The notes under the pieces were generated by a model. It worked only from the letters and a program-made list of their open reading frames with translations. It ran no database searches and had not been told where the DNA came from. Below, piece after piece: positions 1 through 12,399 of a stretch of DNA of 64,000 bases (the first letter of the stretch is position 1; every line of letters starts with the position of its first letter). The stretch is from Prorocentrum cordatum (lineage: Eukaryota), in assembly GCA_963575745.1 (NCBI GenBank), contig CAUYUJ010000001.1:3224001-3288000 (forward strand). The letters run 5' to 3'. The translations under genes were made by a program, and so were the position numbers.

Positions 1-3000
1 CAGCTCAAGTTGCGGAGCGCCCTGTTCGCTTCGAGGCCCAAGGAGGTGCAGCTCAAGACCCTCAGTGAGCGCATCGAGAAGCAAGAGTAGCAGCTGGTGA
101 GTTGGCGGCGGTGGAGCTCCAGACGACGCAGGAGTTGGCGGGCAGGGCGCAGGGGCTGCGCGCGGCCAACATCGAGAAGAAGGCGCGCGCCGGCGAGCTC
201 ACGGCGGAGCACGCGCGCGCTTCGGGTGCAGTTGCTGGCCCCCTTGCGGGGCCTGCTGCTGGGCTGGATCGCGCCGTGGAAGTCGGCGGCCAGCGCGTCG
301 CGGCGGAGGTCCCGGGGGAGCTCTCGGGTTGCTTTGCGGTGGAGCAGGAGCTGGCGGAGGTTGTGCCCAGGCAGGCCAGTGAGCGCGAGCCGCAGATCGC
401 CGCCGAGGCGCAGGCTGCCGAGGCAGCCGAAGCGGCGCGCAGAGCTGCGACCGCGCCAGGCCAGGGGCGAGAGCCCACGGCCAGTGAGGGCGACGGCCGT
501 CCGAGCGAGGCTGACGCTCGAGCGGAGCACCAGTGGGTGGGCGACGAGGAGCTCAATGCCGCCGGCCTGCGCGCGTTCCTCAGGAGGGCTGGGCGCGCGC
601 CTGACGCTGGGTAAGGGGCTGAGCGGCCCCCTGGCGATGTGGCGCGCGCTACTTACAAGCGCTTCTTCGACGACCTCGGCGCGTCGCCTCCGAAGAAGCA
701 GCCCGGGAGGGCCTGATGCTTCATGGGCGCTGTGACGGGCGCCCGCGATGACCGCTGCGGAGCGGCGTAGCGCAGCGAGCTGTGCGATGCCGAGGAGCAG
801 GCGGCCGCCGACATGGGGCACGGCTTCGACGCCTTGATGGGCGACCTCAGGCAACCAAGGGTGTCGGCCCCGGGGCGCGGCCCTGCGCGTCCTGCTGGAT
901 GGAGGGCCAGTCGGCGACGGTGCTGCGGCTGATCGTAGGGGGGTTGATGGAGGGGGCCAGTCCCTTCGGGGGGTGGACGGGGCGTTCGGCTTTCAGGGGT
1001 GCGGCCCCGCGATGTCAGACGGCACGGGCCCCGAGGGGCCTGCCAGGGTGGCGGCCCCTGGGCGCGGCCCATGGCGACCTGCTCATGGACCAGGCGCAGA
1101 AGTTGCTGCTGAGGTTTGCAGGGGTGGGCGGAGCCAGACCCAACGCGGTGTCTGGGGCGTTCGGCTTTCAAGGGTGCGGCCCCGGGACGTCAGAGGGTAG
1201 GGGCCCCGCTGGGCAGCCCCTCGACGTCGCAGCCGGCCCAGGTGGCGCTGGACGCATGGAGGGCGTGCGAGATGGTAGTGCCTGGGGCGCAGATGATGGA
1301 AGCGAGGGCCCTCCACTTCCCGCTGCGCCTCACCTGCGCGCTGCTTGCGTCCTGCAGGCAGCCGCGCACTTTGGCGGCATTCGGCTCTGTGTCTACGGGG
1401 GCGGTGGCCTGGCAGGGGAGGATTGCTGGGCGCGGGCGCGCCAACTCGCTGCTGATGGTGCTCGCCCTGCGGACCCCCCCTGCGGGCCCCCCTGCGGGCT
1501 CGCGCCACCGCCCCGACGGTCGCGCCGAGGGGCCTGGTTGATGGCGCCACCCTCGGCGGGCAGGGGCCTAAGGAGGAGAGCGGCGGCGAGCTGGCGAGGG
1601 CGCTGAACCACTTCAATGACCGCATGGAGGACCTGAGGCCGGCGCTGCAGCCCGATAAGTCGGGCTTCCTGGCGCCGCAGAGGCGTCGCGCCCGCGCCTT
1701 GGGCCCTCGCATGCAGCGGGTCGGCCTGGAGGAGAAGCTGCGGGTGCGCAACTTGGGGCATTAGCTGCGCGGCCGCAAGGTCCTGCGCGCTCGAGAGAAG
1801 ATGCGGCTGGCAGCCGCCTTGGCGAGGCGGCAGAGGTTGGCCGCGCTGCGACGCGCAGCGGGGGCTGCCGCCCCCATCGCCTCGGGCGCCCCCCCCTCGG
1901 CGGGCCGCGGCGCTGGAGTGGCTGGCTTGGCCGATCGGCCGCTTGCGCAGCTGCGCGCCTTGGCGGCGGTCACTGCGGGTGCCAAGCCTGTCGGTGGCAC
2001 GGCTGCGGTCATGCTGCTGCAGGGCCGCGCGGGCTACGACCCGATCGTCGCGGCCGCGGCCCCGCTGGTCTTCCGCTTGGCGGCCTGGGTTTTGGAGGGC
2101 AGGGGCAACCTCAAGTGGGCCGCGGCCCAGGGGCCCCTCGGCCACCTGGTTGTCGCTGGAGCGCGTGGGCTGGGAGGAGATGGTCTCGGCTTGGGTGCTG
2201 CGCAGTGATCGCAGGGAGCTCGCCGCCGCGGGGCGTCAAGGACTCCTTAGTGGAGGGCGTCCAGCGCTGGCAGTGCAGGCGCCTGGTCAGCCGCCGCCCT
2301 GAAGGCCGAAGAGAGGTCCCGTGGCCTAGAGCGGCGCGGGCCATTGCCACCAGGGCGCGTTCGGCGGCTGAGAAGGGCGCCCTGCAGGCGTCGTGGGCGG
2401 GGGGGCACTGCGCCAACGTCTGGCGGCGTGAACGTGGCTTCCTGGACCAGGAGGCCTGCCGGGCGCGCGGGGCCCACCTGCGACGCCTTCAGGCATCGCC
2501 GATGCGAATGCCTCGTGGTGATGCAGCCCCGCGACGAGGAGCTCGAGTTGGAGTGGCCTTTCCGCGAGCCACTGCAGGCGGTGAGGAAGGAACTGGAGGA
2601 TGCCGAGAGGTTGTGGGCCATCGGGGACAGCGATGTGCCCTTGTCCTACGGCCTCCTGCTGGCGCCGGCCTTCCCTGAGGCAGCGCCCGACCAGGCGGAG
2701 GTCCTCAGTTGGTGGGCGCCCTCAGAGGCGCGGCCCTGCGCCGGCTACTCCGGCGGGTCGGGGATCGGGCCGAAGGTGCTGGAAGCGCGCCGCTGCGGCT
2801 GGGCCATGGTTGCGCTGCGCCTTGACGGCCTCCCCCTGCGGGCGCAATGCGGCGCCCTGCCTGGTGCTCGACAGACTGTTGGGCGAGCGGAGAGGTGCGC
2901 CTGCCTCAGCCCGCTGCGGCAGGATGGTGGCATCAGGCTCATCGTGAGCGACTTGCAGGTCCTCGTCAAGGAAGGGGGCGAGTGGGGCGCCGCTGCCGCC

Positions 3001-5480
3001 CGCGCTGCGGCGCGCCATGCTGGTCTTTGGCGCCGGCTGCACCATGCGGTGGACCAGTCGGGGAAGCCGCCGCAGCCCATCCGCTGGGCCCTCTCTGTCT
3101 GGAGGAGGCCATCGACCAGGAGCTCCACCCGATGGGCTGGCTGGGGAACTGCTGGGCGGACTTCCTTGCGGGGCTGGGTGCGCGGCGAAGGAAGTTGGCA
3201 GGCTGGCGCCGCCGTCGAGGGGCTGCGCGCGGATTTGCTGCGGGCGGTAGGCATGGCGCGCCGCGTGGGCAGGGCAGCCGCGCGAATCTGCCAGCTGGAC
3301 TCGTGGGGCCCCCTCGACGAGAGCGGCCACCTGCGTCGTCGGACTGTGCAGCCGCGTTCCGGCCCGACGCCTGTCCTCTCGTGCGCGAGACGCGACTGCC
3401 AGACGCGCGGGGTCTGCGCGGTCCAGCGCGCGCTGTGGCCGCGGGGCGCGCGCAGACAAGGCCAATGAGCTGCTGGGCCGTTTGCCATGTCGGCCGACGG
3501 CGCTGGGCAGGCTTCGAGCCGCGCGCTCGGCCAGCGCGCGCGGGGCCCAGGCCGCGGCCAGCTCGGCGGCGGCAGCCGAGGGCCTCCAGGCAGCGGGGCT
3601 GCGCGGGCTGCAGGCTGCGAGGGCAGCCAGTGCAGAGCCCCCTGCCGATGCCGCGCCGCGTGGACAGGGGCAGTCGACGGCTGGCGGGCGTCTCTCATCG
3701 TATGGCGAGGCGGTGAAGCACATGCTCGAGGCGGCCAGCGGGCCGCCCCCTGCTTCGGGGGCGGCGGGGGGCGCTGCTTGAGAGGCGGCGGCGCGGTGCG
3801 CTGGCCAAGCCCCCAGGGGGCAGCAGGATGTCGAGGGGTCAAACCGCGGCACAACGCAGCGAGTGCCGTGGGGGGCGAGGGGGGGCGAGGACTCCCAGGG
3901 GCCTCAGAGGGGGCGGCGGGGGGGGGCGAGGCAGGGCGGGCAGCCTGCCCTTGGCGAGGCAGATCCCGACCGCCCCCGCAGCGTTCGACGAGGCGGAGGT
4001 GGCAGCTGCGCCCAGGGGAGGGGGCCGCCGTCAGGGGGGGGCGTGGAGGCCGGAGGCGCGGTCTGCAGCTCTGACGCAGGAGCTCAGGGCACGTGCAGAA
4101 GAGTGCCCAGACGATAGCGCAGCTGTAGACCGTGGGCTTTCGGTGCAGCCAGGCGAGGAGGTGGCAAGGATTGGCGGCGCGCGACTGAGCCAGGCCTCTG
4201 CCTGTAGGCCAGTTCATGATCGAGTGGCTGAAGGTCTACGCGTGAGTCCCCCCTCACCCCCCTCTCGGACGTGGCGGGTGGGCGAAGGGCTGCGCCAAGG
4301 GCCCTCGCGTCCTTGAGGCCGACCGCGCCTTCGAGCCGATCCGCCAGCGGCTGGGGTGGTTCGCGGGGTGGTACCTCGTGCATGCGGAGGTGACGTGGTT
4401 CGACGAATGCCAGAAGCGCGTGGAGCAGGTGCTTCGCGGGGCGGCCTACGCGGAGTATTTCGAGGGGCTCACGGAGGAGGCCGCGGAGCGCGCGCGTGGA
4501 AGCAGGGCAGCCGAGGAGTGCCTGGCTGCGTGGCGCCTGGGCTCCCAGCGGCGCGCGGCCAGTTGGGCCAGCCTGCAGTCGCTGCTGGGGGAAGAGGCCT
4601 ACAACAAGGAACTCGCGCGCATGCATGGGCGGGGGTGCATCGCGAGGACGTGCGTCGGCGGCCTGGACCGCGACAGTTGGCCTGGATCAGAGGAACCGTG
4701 CAATCTTGCCCTCCTGGCGGCACTGGGCAGGGACAGGGACGGTCAAGGTCGCCCAGGCGTGACGCGGTGGGCGTGACGGCCACGGACCAGCTGGTGGTGG
4801 AGGAGCAGGGCGACGGACTGCTGTCGGGCGACGTCTGCAGCGCTGCGCGTGTCAGCCAGGACACGCTGCGGCGCGCGCGTGGGCGACATCGCGGGGGCGG
4901 CGCCTAGCGGTGCAGTGGGGCTGCCCGACCCGCTGCCTGCGGCGGCCGACCTGGTAGAAATGGCAGCTTTGGCGGAGGCGGCGCGCCCTGGAGCTGAGTG
5001 CGAGGCGCGCGCGGCGGAGCCCACCTGCCCTGGCGGCCGCTCCTGCAGCCGCCCAGCCCGAGTGCCACGGGTTGCGCTGCCGCGGCGCGGAGGCGGGCTG
5101 CGGGGGCTCCGCGGCGCGTCGCGGACCTCCAGGAGACGCCGTCGACCTGCAGGTGGTGGGGCCGTGCTCCTTCTGCAGGCGCTGCGCTGCCTTCGCCAAG
5201 CTGGGTGTGGACCCCTACACAGAGCGAGGGCTCGGCGGATGGCCTGGCCGCGGCCGTGGCGTCGGTTCCTGGGGCTGCCGCGGCGGCTGGCTGGAGGAGT
5301 GCTGGGGCCTGAGCGGGGCCAGAACCCCCCGCCCAGTCCAGGCAGGGGCGGAGGGCCCCGTGGCCTGATGCGGCGGTTGGTGTCCTCGCCCGCTGTGGCG
5401 CCGGCGGGGGGTGCTGGCCTGCGGCAGGGCCCGGGAGGGCCGCGGGCTGAGCTGGGCGCGCGAGGTGTCCGCGCTCGGCC
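1..5480 (+). mobile_element. Degenerate non-LTR retrotransposon (LINE) ORF2: reverse transcriptase, RNase H, C-terminal Cys finger; truncated at window start
   Basis: Frameshifted segments carry RT-like motifs: AQVALDAWRACEMV (D-x-x-K-A type) and QPRTLAAFGSVS..WQGRIAGRGRANSLL (about 1236-1465), GLVDG (decayed YVDD, about 1530), LQPDKSGFLA and RVRNLG. RNase H-like motifs follow: YSGGSG..RCGWAMV..GALPGARQTVGRAE..IVSDLQ..RHAGLW..GNCWADFLAGLGA (2745-3185). FCRRCAAFAK lies near 5170. Confidence 0.8.
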
Positions 5481-5548
5481 TTGACGGTGCGCGTGGCGTC
5501 GAGGGCCAGCGCCCTCCGCGTCGCGTATGCGGTGCGCAGAGAGAAAGC

Positions 5549-5570
5549 GAGAAAGAGAGAGAGAGAAAAC

Positions 5571-5609
<39 letters not shown>

Positions 5610-5665
5610 AAAAAGAGAGGGAGAGAGCGAGAGTGTGTGTGTGTGTGTGTGCGTGTGTATGTGTG
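5549..5665. repeat. (GA)n / (GT)n microsatellite
   Basis: Direct reading. Confidence 0.95.
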
Positions 5666-6060
5666 CTCCGAACAAACAAAGCAATGATGCCTCGGCGCTG
5701 GCTGCCTCATCGCGCGTAGCGTACATATAGCTCATAGCTTCGGTGAGGAGACGTGCTGTGTTGTGGTGGCAATGCGCTGAGCGGCCCGCAGCCTCTTCAA
5801 CTGTGAGTTGAACTTGCACGTGCCCTTGATCTACCCCATGTTGTCCAAGGAGCGCGAGGCCCTCCGACACATGGGCTCAGCGATGATCTCATGAGAGCGA
5901 CGAGAGAATAACGAAGCGTGACTGTCCAGCTGCATGCAGCAAGTCCCGCCAATGTGCCAGCCCAGCACTCTGGGTGGCCAGTGTCCGATGGGGTATGGGA
6001 GGCCGTCATGCGTGACACCTCGTGTCCGCAAGCTTGGAGTAGCCAAGACAGTACGTTGAG

Positions 6061-6061
<1 letters not shown>

Positions 6062-6092
<31 letters not shown>

Positions 6093-6330
6093 GTGATGAT
6101 GAAGCTTACGACGATGATGATGATGATGATGAGGATGAGGATGATGATGATGATGATGATGCTCATGATGCATATGATAGTGATGACGGCGATGATGATG
6201 ACTATGCTAATGATAATGCTGATGATGATGATGGTGCTGACGATGGTGATGATGATGATGCTGCAGTTGATGATGATGATGACGATTCTGCTGTTGATGA
6301 TGATGCTGATGGCGACAATGATGATGCAGC

Positions 6331-6371
<41 letters not shown>

Positions 6372-6543
6372 ATGATGATGGTGATGATGCTGATGTTGAC
6401 ACTAGCGACGATGATGCTGATGCTGATGATGATGCTGCTGATGCTGCTGATGATGATTGTGCTGATAGTGCTGCTGATTATGCTGATTATGACGATGCTG
6501 ATGCTGATGAGACTGATAATGCTGATGATGATGGTGATGATAC

Positions 6544-6584
<41 letters not shown>

Positions 6585-6642
6585 CTGTTGATGCTGATTA
6601 TGTTGATGATGACGAGGATGATAATGATGCTCATGATGATAC

Positions 6643-6674
<32 letters not shown>

Positions 6675-6828
6675 GTGATGGTGATGATGATGCTGATGCT
6701 GATGATGATGCTGTTGATGCTGATTCTGTTGATGATGACGAGGATGATAATGATGCTGATGATGATACTGATGATGCGGATGATGATGATGATGATGATG
6801 ATGGTGATGATGATGCTGATGCTGCTGC

Positions 6829-6863
<35 letters not shown>

Positions 6864-7923
6864 ATGGTGATGCTGCTGCGGATGATGGTGATGCTGATGC
6901 TCATGCTGTTGCTACTGATGAAGATACTGTGCTGCTGAGTATGATGGTGATGCTGATGATGATGCTGATGCTGCAGTTGATCTTAATGATGCTGATGCTG
7001 CTGATGATGCTGACGATGATGACGATGCTGATACTGATGCTGAGGATGCTGATGATGCTGGGGCTGCTGATGATGATGCTGATGATGATGATGCTGGCGA
7101 TGCCGATGTTGATGATGCTGATGATGATGCTGATGATTATGCTGATGATGATGCCGATTCTGATGATGTTGTCGATGATAATGCTGATGATGATGATGAT
7201 CTTGCGGCTGCTGATGCTGATGATGATGGTGCTGCTGATGCTGCTGCGGATGCTGATTTCGCTGATGATTCTGCTGATGATGATGCTGACGATGCTGATG
7301 ATGCTGATGGTGGTGATGATGATGCTGCTGATGCTGCTGATGATGGTGCTGGTGATGGTGCTGATCATAATGATGCTGATGATGCTGATGATGCTGATGC
7401 TGATGATGATGATGATGGTGATGCTGATGGTGATGATGCTGATGGTCATGATTATCATCATCATCATCATCATCCTCATCATCATCATCATTATCATCAT
7501 CAACAACATCATCATCATCATCATTGTCAGCATCATCAGCATCATCAGCATCATCAGCATCATCAGCATCATCATCATCATCATCCTCATCCTCATCATC
7601 ATCATCCTCATCCTCATCATCAGCAGTATCATCAGCATCATCATCATCATTCTCTTCCTCCTCCTTCTCCTCATCATCATCATCACCACCACCACCACCC
7701 CCCCCGTCATCATCAGCATCATCATCATCACAAGCACCATCACCATCACCATCATCGTCATCAGCATCATGAGCATCATCATCATCATCATCTTCATCAG
7801 CATCAGCATCATCCACATCATCATCATCATCCTCATCACCATCACCACCATCATCATCATCATCATCCTCATGATGATGATGATGCTGCTGATGATGATG
7901 CTGCTGCTGATGATGACGATGAA

Positions 7924-7978
<55 letters not shown>

Positions 7979-8090
7979 TTGATGATGTTGATGATGATGA
8001 TGATGATGATGATGCTGATGATGATGCTGATGATGATGATGATGATGATGTGATGATGATGATGATGATGCTGATGATGATGCAGCTGCT

Positions 8091-8121
<31 letters not shown>

Positions 8122-8134
8122 CTGATGCTGATGC

Positions 8135-8226
<92 letters not shown>

Positions 8227-8450
8227 GATGGAGGAGGAGGAGGAGGAGGAGGAGGGAGGAGGCGGAGGAGGAGGATTACGAGGAAGATGAGGAGGAAAAG
8301 AGGAGGAGGAGGAGGAGGAGGAGGAGGAGGAGGAGGCGGAGGAGGAGGAGGATCACGAGGAAGATGAGGAGGAGAAAGAGGATGAGGAGGAGGAGGAGGA
8401 GGAGGAGGAGGGGGAGGAGGAGGAGGAGGAGGAGGAGGAGGAGGAGGACA
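6062..8450. repeat. Compound (GAT/GCT)n field with an internal (ATC)n inverted segment, then (GAG)n
   Basis: GAT 6062-7450, ATC about 7453-7870, GAT 7871-8226, GAG 8230-8450. Confidence 0.95.
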
Positions 8451-8489
8451 GGAGGACGATACATGCCGTCACAGGTGACGCCTTTCGTC

Positions 8490-9250
8490 TTCCCTTATGG
8501 AAGAGCTCTCGTGAAGCTCATGTGTGCCGTCCTGGGGCTGCCTTGGGCTCCCGTGGGGCTGCCTTCGGGGTCCCCTGGGGCCGTGCTGGGGCCCTCTAGG
8601 ACCGTCTTGAGGCCCCCTTCGGTTGTCGTGGGGCGCAGACACCTCCCTTGACCCAGGCAAAGGCCGCCTGGGTCGCTATGAGCTCGACGCAGTGTCATGG
8701 CAGGAACTGCACAATTCCTTTCACGCGCCCGGTTGGGCCAGCGGCAGTGCGAAAGAAAGAAAAAGAGGCCCTCTTCGGTTGTCTTGGGGCTCTCTTGGGC
8801 CGTCTTGGGGCCTCCTTGGCCGTGTTGAGGGCGCCTTAGGGGCCGTCGTGGGGCCGTTTTGGGCCGCCGAAGGGTCTTCTAAGGCCGTCGGGGTTTCTCT
8901 TGGGTCTCTCTTGGGGCGGCCTTGGGGGCCTCTTCGGCCATCATGGGTTCCTGTTGGGCGTCTTGGGGCACTCAGGACACCTGAGGGGAATCAACTATGT
9001 TGGCTTCGTCGGATCCTGTTGGGAGTCGTCTTATGGCCCTCTTGGACGCATCTTGGACCGCCTCTTGGCTTCTTCGGACCCTGTTGGATGTCCTGTCGTG
9101 GCCCTGTTGGGCCCTCTTGAAGGCATCTTGGGTCGTCTTGAGGCCAGATTTGGAGGAGCCAGCCTGGGCAGTAGTCTTCGTGGTAGTTTGCGCCATCAAT
9201 GTGCCTCTGGTTGCCCCGTGGGCCGCCTCAGAAGCCCGCGACGCGGCTCC
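8490..9250. repeat. Dispersed low-complexity TCTTGGG/GGGCC repeat patch
   Basis: Same style at 16070-16300, 22930-23570 and 42580-43140, and as reverse complement (CCCAAGA) at 31050-31270, 35900-36200, 38070-38430 and 40410-40600. Confidence 0.75.
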
Positions 9251-10989
9251 GTTGTTTTTCACGAGGCAGCGTGGCCTCGGGAGCGCGGGCCCACTTGGTT
9301 GACGACGTGACGTGGCCTCGTGGATGGGGGGCGGTGGATGCTGGTGGGTGCGGGTAGAAGTTCTACCCGCAGGGTCGACGAGGCGAAGGAACTCAGGGAC
9401 AGACTGGACGCGGTGGCGAGGGAGAGGAGGGCGAGGGCGGACGGGGCGGCCGCACGGGCCGTTCCCTAGATCTGGGTTGGGCAGCCCCTTCGTGGCCGCG
9501 GCTCGCCGTGGCCCCCCCCCCCAAAAAAAACAAAAGACGCATTAGGATGTAGAAGCCCTACCAGGCAGCAGTTGCCATTCTGCCACGCTTCGGCTTGCCA
9601 GGGGGCACGGTGGCGGATGCAGGGGGAGTCGGTTCGACAAGATGCGGTTCGGCAAGACGACATAACCCTTGCTAAATCACAGAGGGTCATCGTGACACAC
9701 CCCAAGATGCCCCAGGCACGGTGGCGGATACCAATATTCAGTTTCTTAGGTCGTCGGGTCGGACACAACGAGAGGCATGCGAGGTACCTACGCGAATTTG
9801 TCACAAGTCGTCCATCTGCAACCACTAGTACAACACTAGTCGCTTTTGTTTTGTCTTGGGTTGCGTGAGGGAATGACGCAGTTGCGCAGTGGCGCACTGG
9901 CAATGTGAGAATGCGGGGAATTGAGTGTGGTGCAGTAAGTGGTTGTTGGGCCGAGACCCCGCTGTGCCCCCCACTTCTGCAATACGCCTTCGGCCGACAT
10001 CGCGAGCCTGCCCTGTCAGATCCTGTCCTGTCCTCTTCCTCCCCCTTTTGTTCTTCCTGCCCCCCTGCGACCACATACCTTGGATTACACTAGTCAGTGT
10101 TAGCTGGAGTGGGTTGTTGGCTGGGAGATTTCTTTGGTAACTATTTTTTGCCTTCTGCTTTTTGTTCCTTCATCCTGAACATCTTGATTCGCAGCCTCTT
10201 CCTCATCTTGAACATCTGAATATTCTCTTCTGCATTTCAACCTCCCCGACCTCACCCCTCGTGTTTGTCAACCACAACCTCAATCTCCCCCCAATCGGCG
10301 GTGCAGTTCTCGAGCTATCTTCGGACGGTTATTGTCGAGAGAGGCTCTCTCAGCAGGGCTTCACTTTCCTCGACGGTCCTCGCAGGGTCTTGGCATGTCC
10401 ACGATGGCAGAGGGATCGCTAGAAATTGCTCTGCCACTGTTTTGTGGTTTTCTATCGCGCGCCCATTCCTGCATTGGTGTGCTGCTGACTACTGGCAGCG
10501 TCGATCCCCTTGGCCGTACGCTTCTGGGTCGAAGCGGGCGGCCAGACGCGCACCTGACTCGAGTGAACCGGCGGAGCCCCGCGTTTGGGAGAAAGAGAGG
10601 GTAGTGCGCCACCAGGGTCAGGGGGAAAGGGAGGGCTCGCAACTTGGCGAGAAGGTGCCCCGCCAGTTCCCGGACTGCAACCACGGGCTGCTGACGAGCC
10701 TGTGCGACCGGTGGGCCTCGGGGCTCGCAGAGAGGGAGGGCACGGAGGCAGCCGATGGGTGCGACGATGTCGGCAGTACAGCCAAGACGCTGAAATAAGG
10801 AACGCCTCGGGTGCGGAAGGGGCTCACTCCTCGTGCACCTGGGCGCTTCTGGGGCCAAGAAGGGGCTTCGTTCCTTATTTAGCGTTCCTTCTGATAGTAC
10901 CTCGGCTGTAATGTGGGCGACCTCTCGCACGAGAGCGAAGGCATAGCCTCTGCACAGGAGTTCGGGATGCATGCGCATGAGACCTGCAT

Positions 10990-11147
10990 TTGAGTCAGGC
11001 CTGTCCCTCTACAGGGGGAATATTCAAAAACAATTTAAAACAGTCTGGGGACTATGTTTTGAGTATTGTTTGGGTATCTTTTGAGCATGTTTTGGGTATT
11101 GTTTATTTTTCGTCAAATTCCCCTGTAGGGGGACAGGCCCGACCTAA
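10990..11147. mobile_element. MITE-like element, 158 bp, about 31-bp imperfect TIR, ACCTGCAT on both flanks
   Basis: Left end TTGAGTCAGGCCTGTCCCTCTACAGGGGGAAT versus reverse complement of right end TTAGGTCGGGCCTGTCCCCCTACAGGGGAAT; ACCTGCAT at 10982-10989 and 11148-11155; AT-rich core. Confidence 0.75.
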
Positions 11148-11540
11148 ACCTGCATGTGGGTGGCGCCGGCTCGCCCGAGTGGAAGCATAGCACACAGGCA
11201 GACGCAGGGAATTGGTCGAATCTGTCTTGATTGCTCAGTTGAGTGCGGCGCTACTGCGAATTATGATTGGTAGGGGAGGCTCGGAGGCAGCTTCCGTCCA
11301 AGCAGGCATCCTTGTGTCCGCTTCTTTGAGGGGGGGGGAAGGAAGAAGAGTAGTGGGGGGCGGGGGAGGAGAGCTGGATGGAGAGACGACGGTGATGTCG
11401 AGGACGACAGGTACTTTGCATGCATCCTTTGTTGAGCTTGCAAGTCAAGCAAGCTGGGAGGACCCCAGTGCCTCGTGCTCAGTGTTCGCAGGGGCAAAAG
11501 GGCAAGGAATGTGAAAACACGGGGGGGAGGCATTGGGCAT

Positions 11541-11552
11541 GGAGGAGGAGGG

Positions 11553-11615
<63 letters not shown>

Positions 11616-11966
11616 GGAGGAACAGGAGGAGGAGGAGGGGGGGGGGGAGGAGGAGGAGAAGGAGGAGGAGAAGGAGCGGGGGCAGGAGGAGGAGGAGGAG
11701 GAGGAGGAGGAGGAGGAGGAGGAGGAGGAGGAGGAGGAGGAGGAGGAGGAGGAGGAGGAGGAGGAGGAGGAGGAGGGAGGAGGAGGAGGAGGAGGAGGAG
11801 GAGGAGGAGGAGGAGGAGGAGGAGGAGGAGGGGAGGAGGAGGAGGAGGAGGAGGAGGAGGAGGAGGAGGAGGAGGAGGAGGAGGAGGAGGAGGACGAGGA
11901 CGAGGAGGAGGAGGAGGAGGAGGAGGAGGAAGAGGGGGAGGAGGAGGAGGAGAAGGAGGAGGAGGA
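11541..11966. repeat. (GAT)n/(GAG)n microsatellite
   Basis: Direct reading. Confidence 0.95.
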
Positions 11967-12399
11967 AACCACATTTCATCAATGCCGTAGCAGACGCGCC
12001 AACCCTCAGAGGGCCAGCCCCGATCGAAATTTACCCTTGCATCCCTCTCGCCCTTACCCATTACATTCTGTTTTAGTCAATGCACCCCTTCCGCACCACC
12101 ATTATTTTGCCCTGCCTGCTCTTTCTCCTTGCACGCACTGTCTGCCTACTGTAATGACTTGTTTTGCTCCCGCAGCTATATACTTTGGCTTTAGGGAAAC
12201 GGAAAAGGAGCGGACCTGCGGCGCGCGCGCGTGCGTCGGCCGGCGGGCCCGCCTCCTCCTTTCAGTGTTACCTTAGTGTATGCTTGACGGTACTATCCCT
12301 TCTTCCCATGTTGTCTGCGGAGCCCATTGACCATGAGACATCATCGGGACGTCTTGCAGGGATTATGAATATCCAGGCAAACAACTGGTTATCAGCCGA

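Noticed and set aside
5831..8053. 711-aa Asp/Met/Ile-rich ORF and overlapping ORFs
   Set aside because: Translation of GAT/ATC microsatellite.
9548..10260. 5' LTR of the Copia element
   Set aside because: TG start and pyrimidine-rich tracts are suggestive, but I found no partner after 48600.
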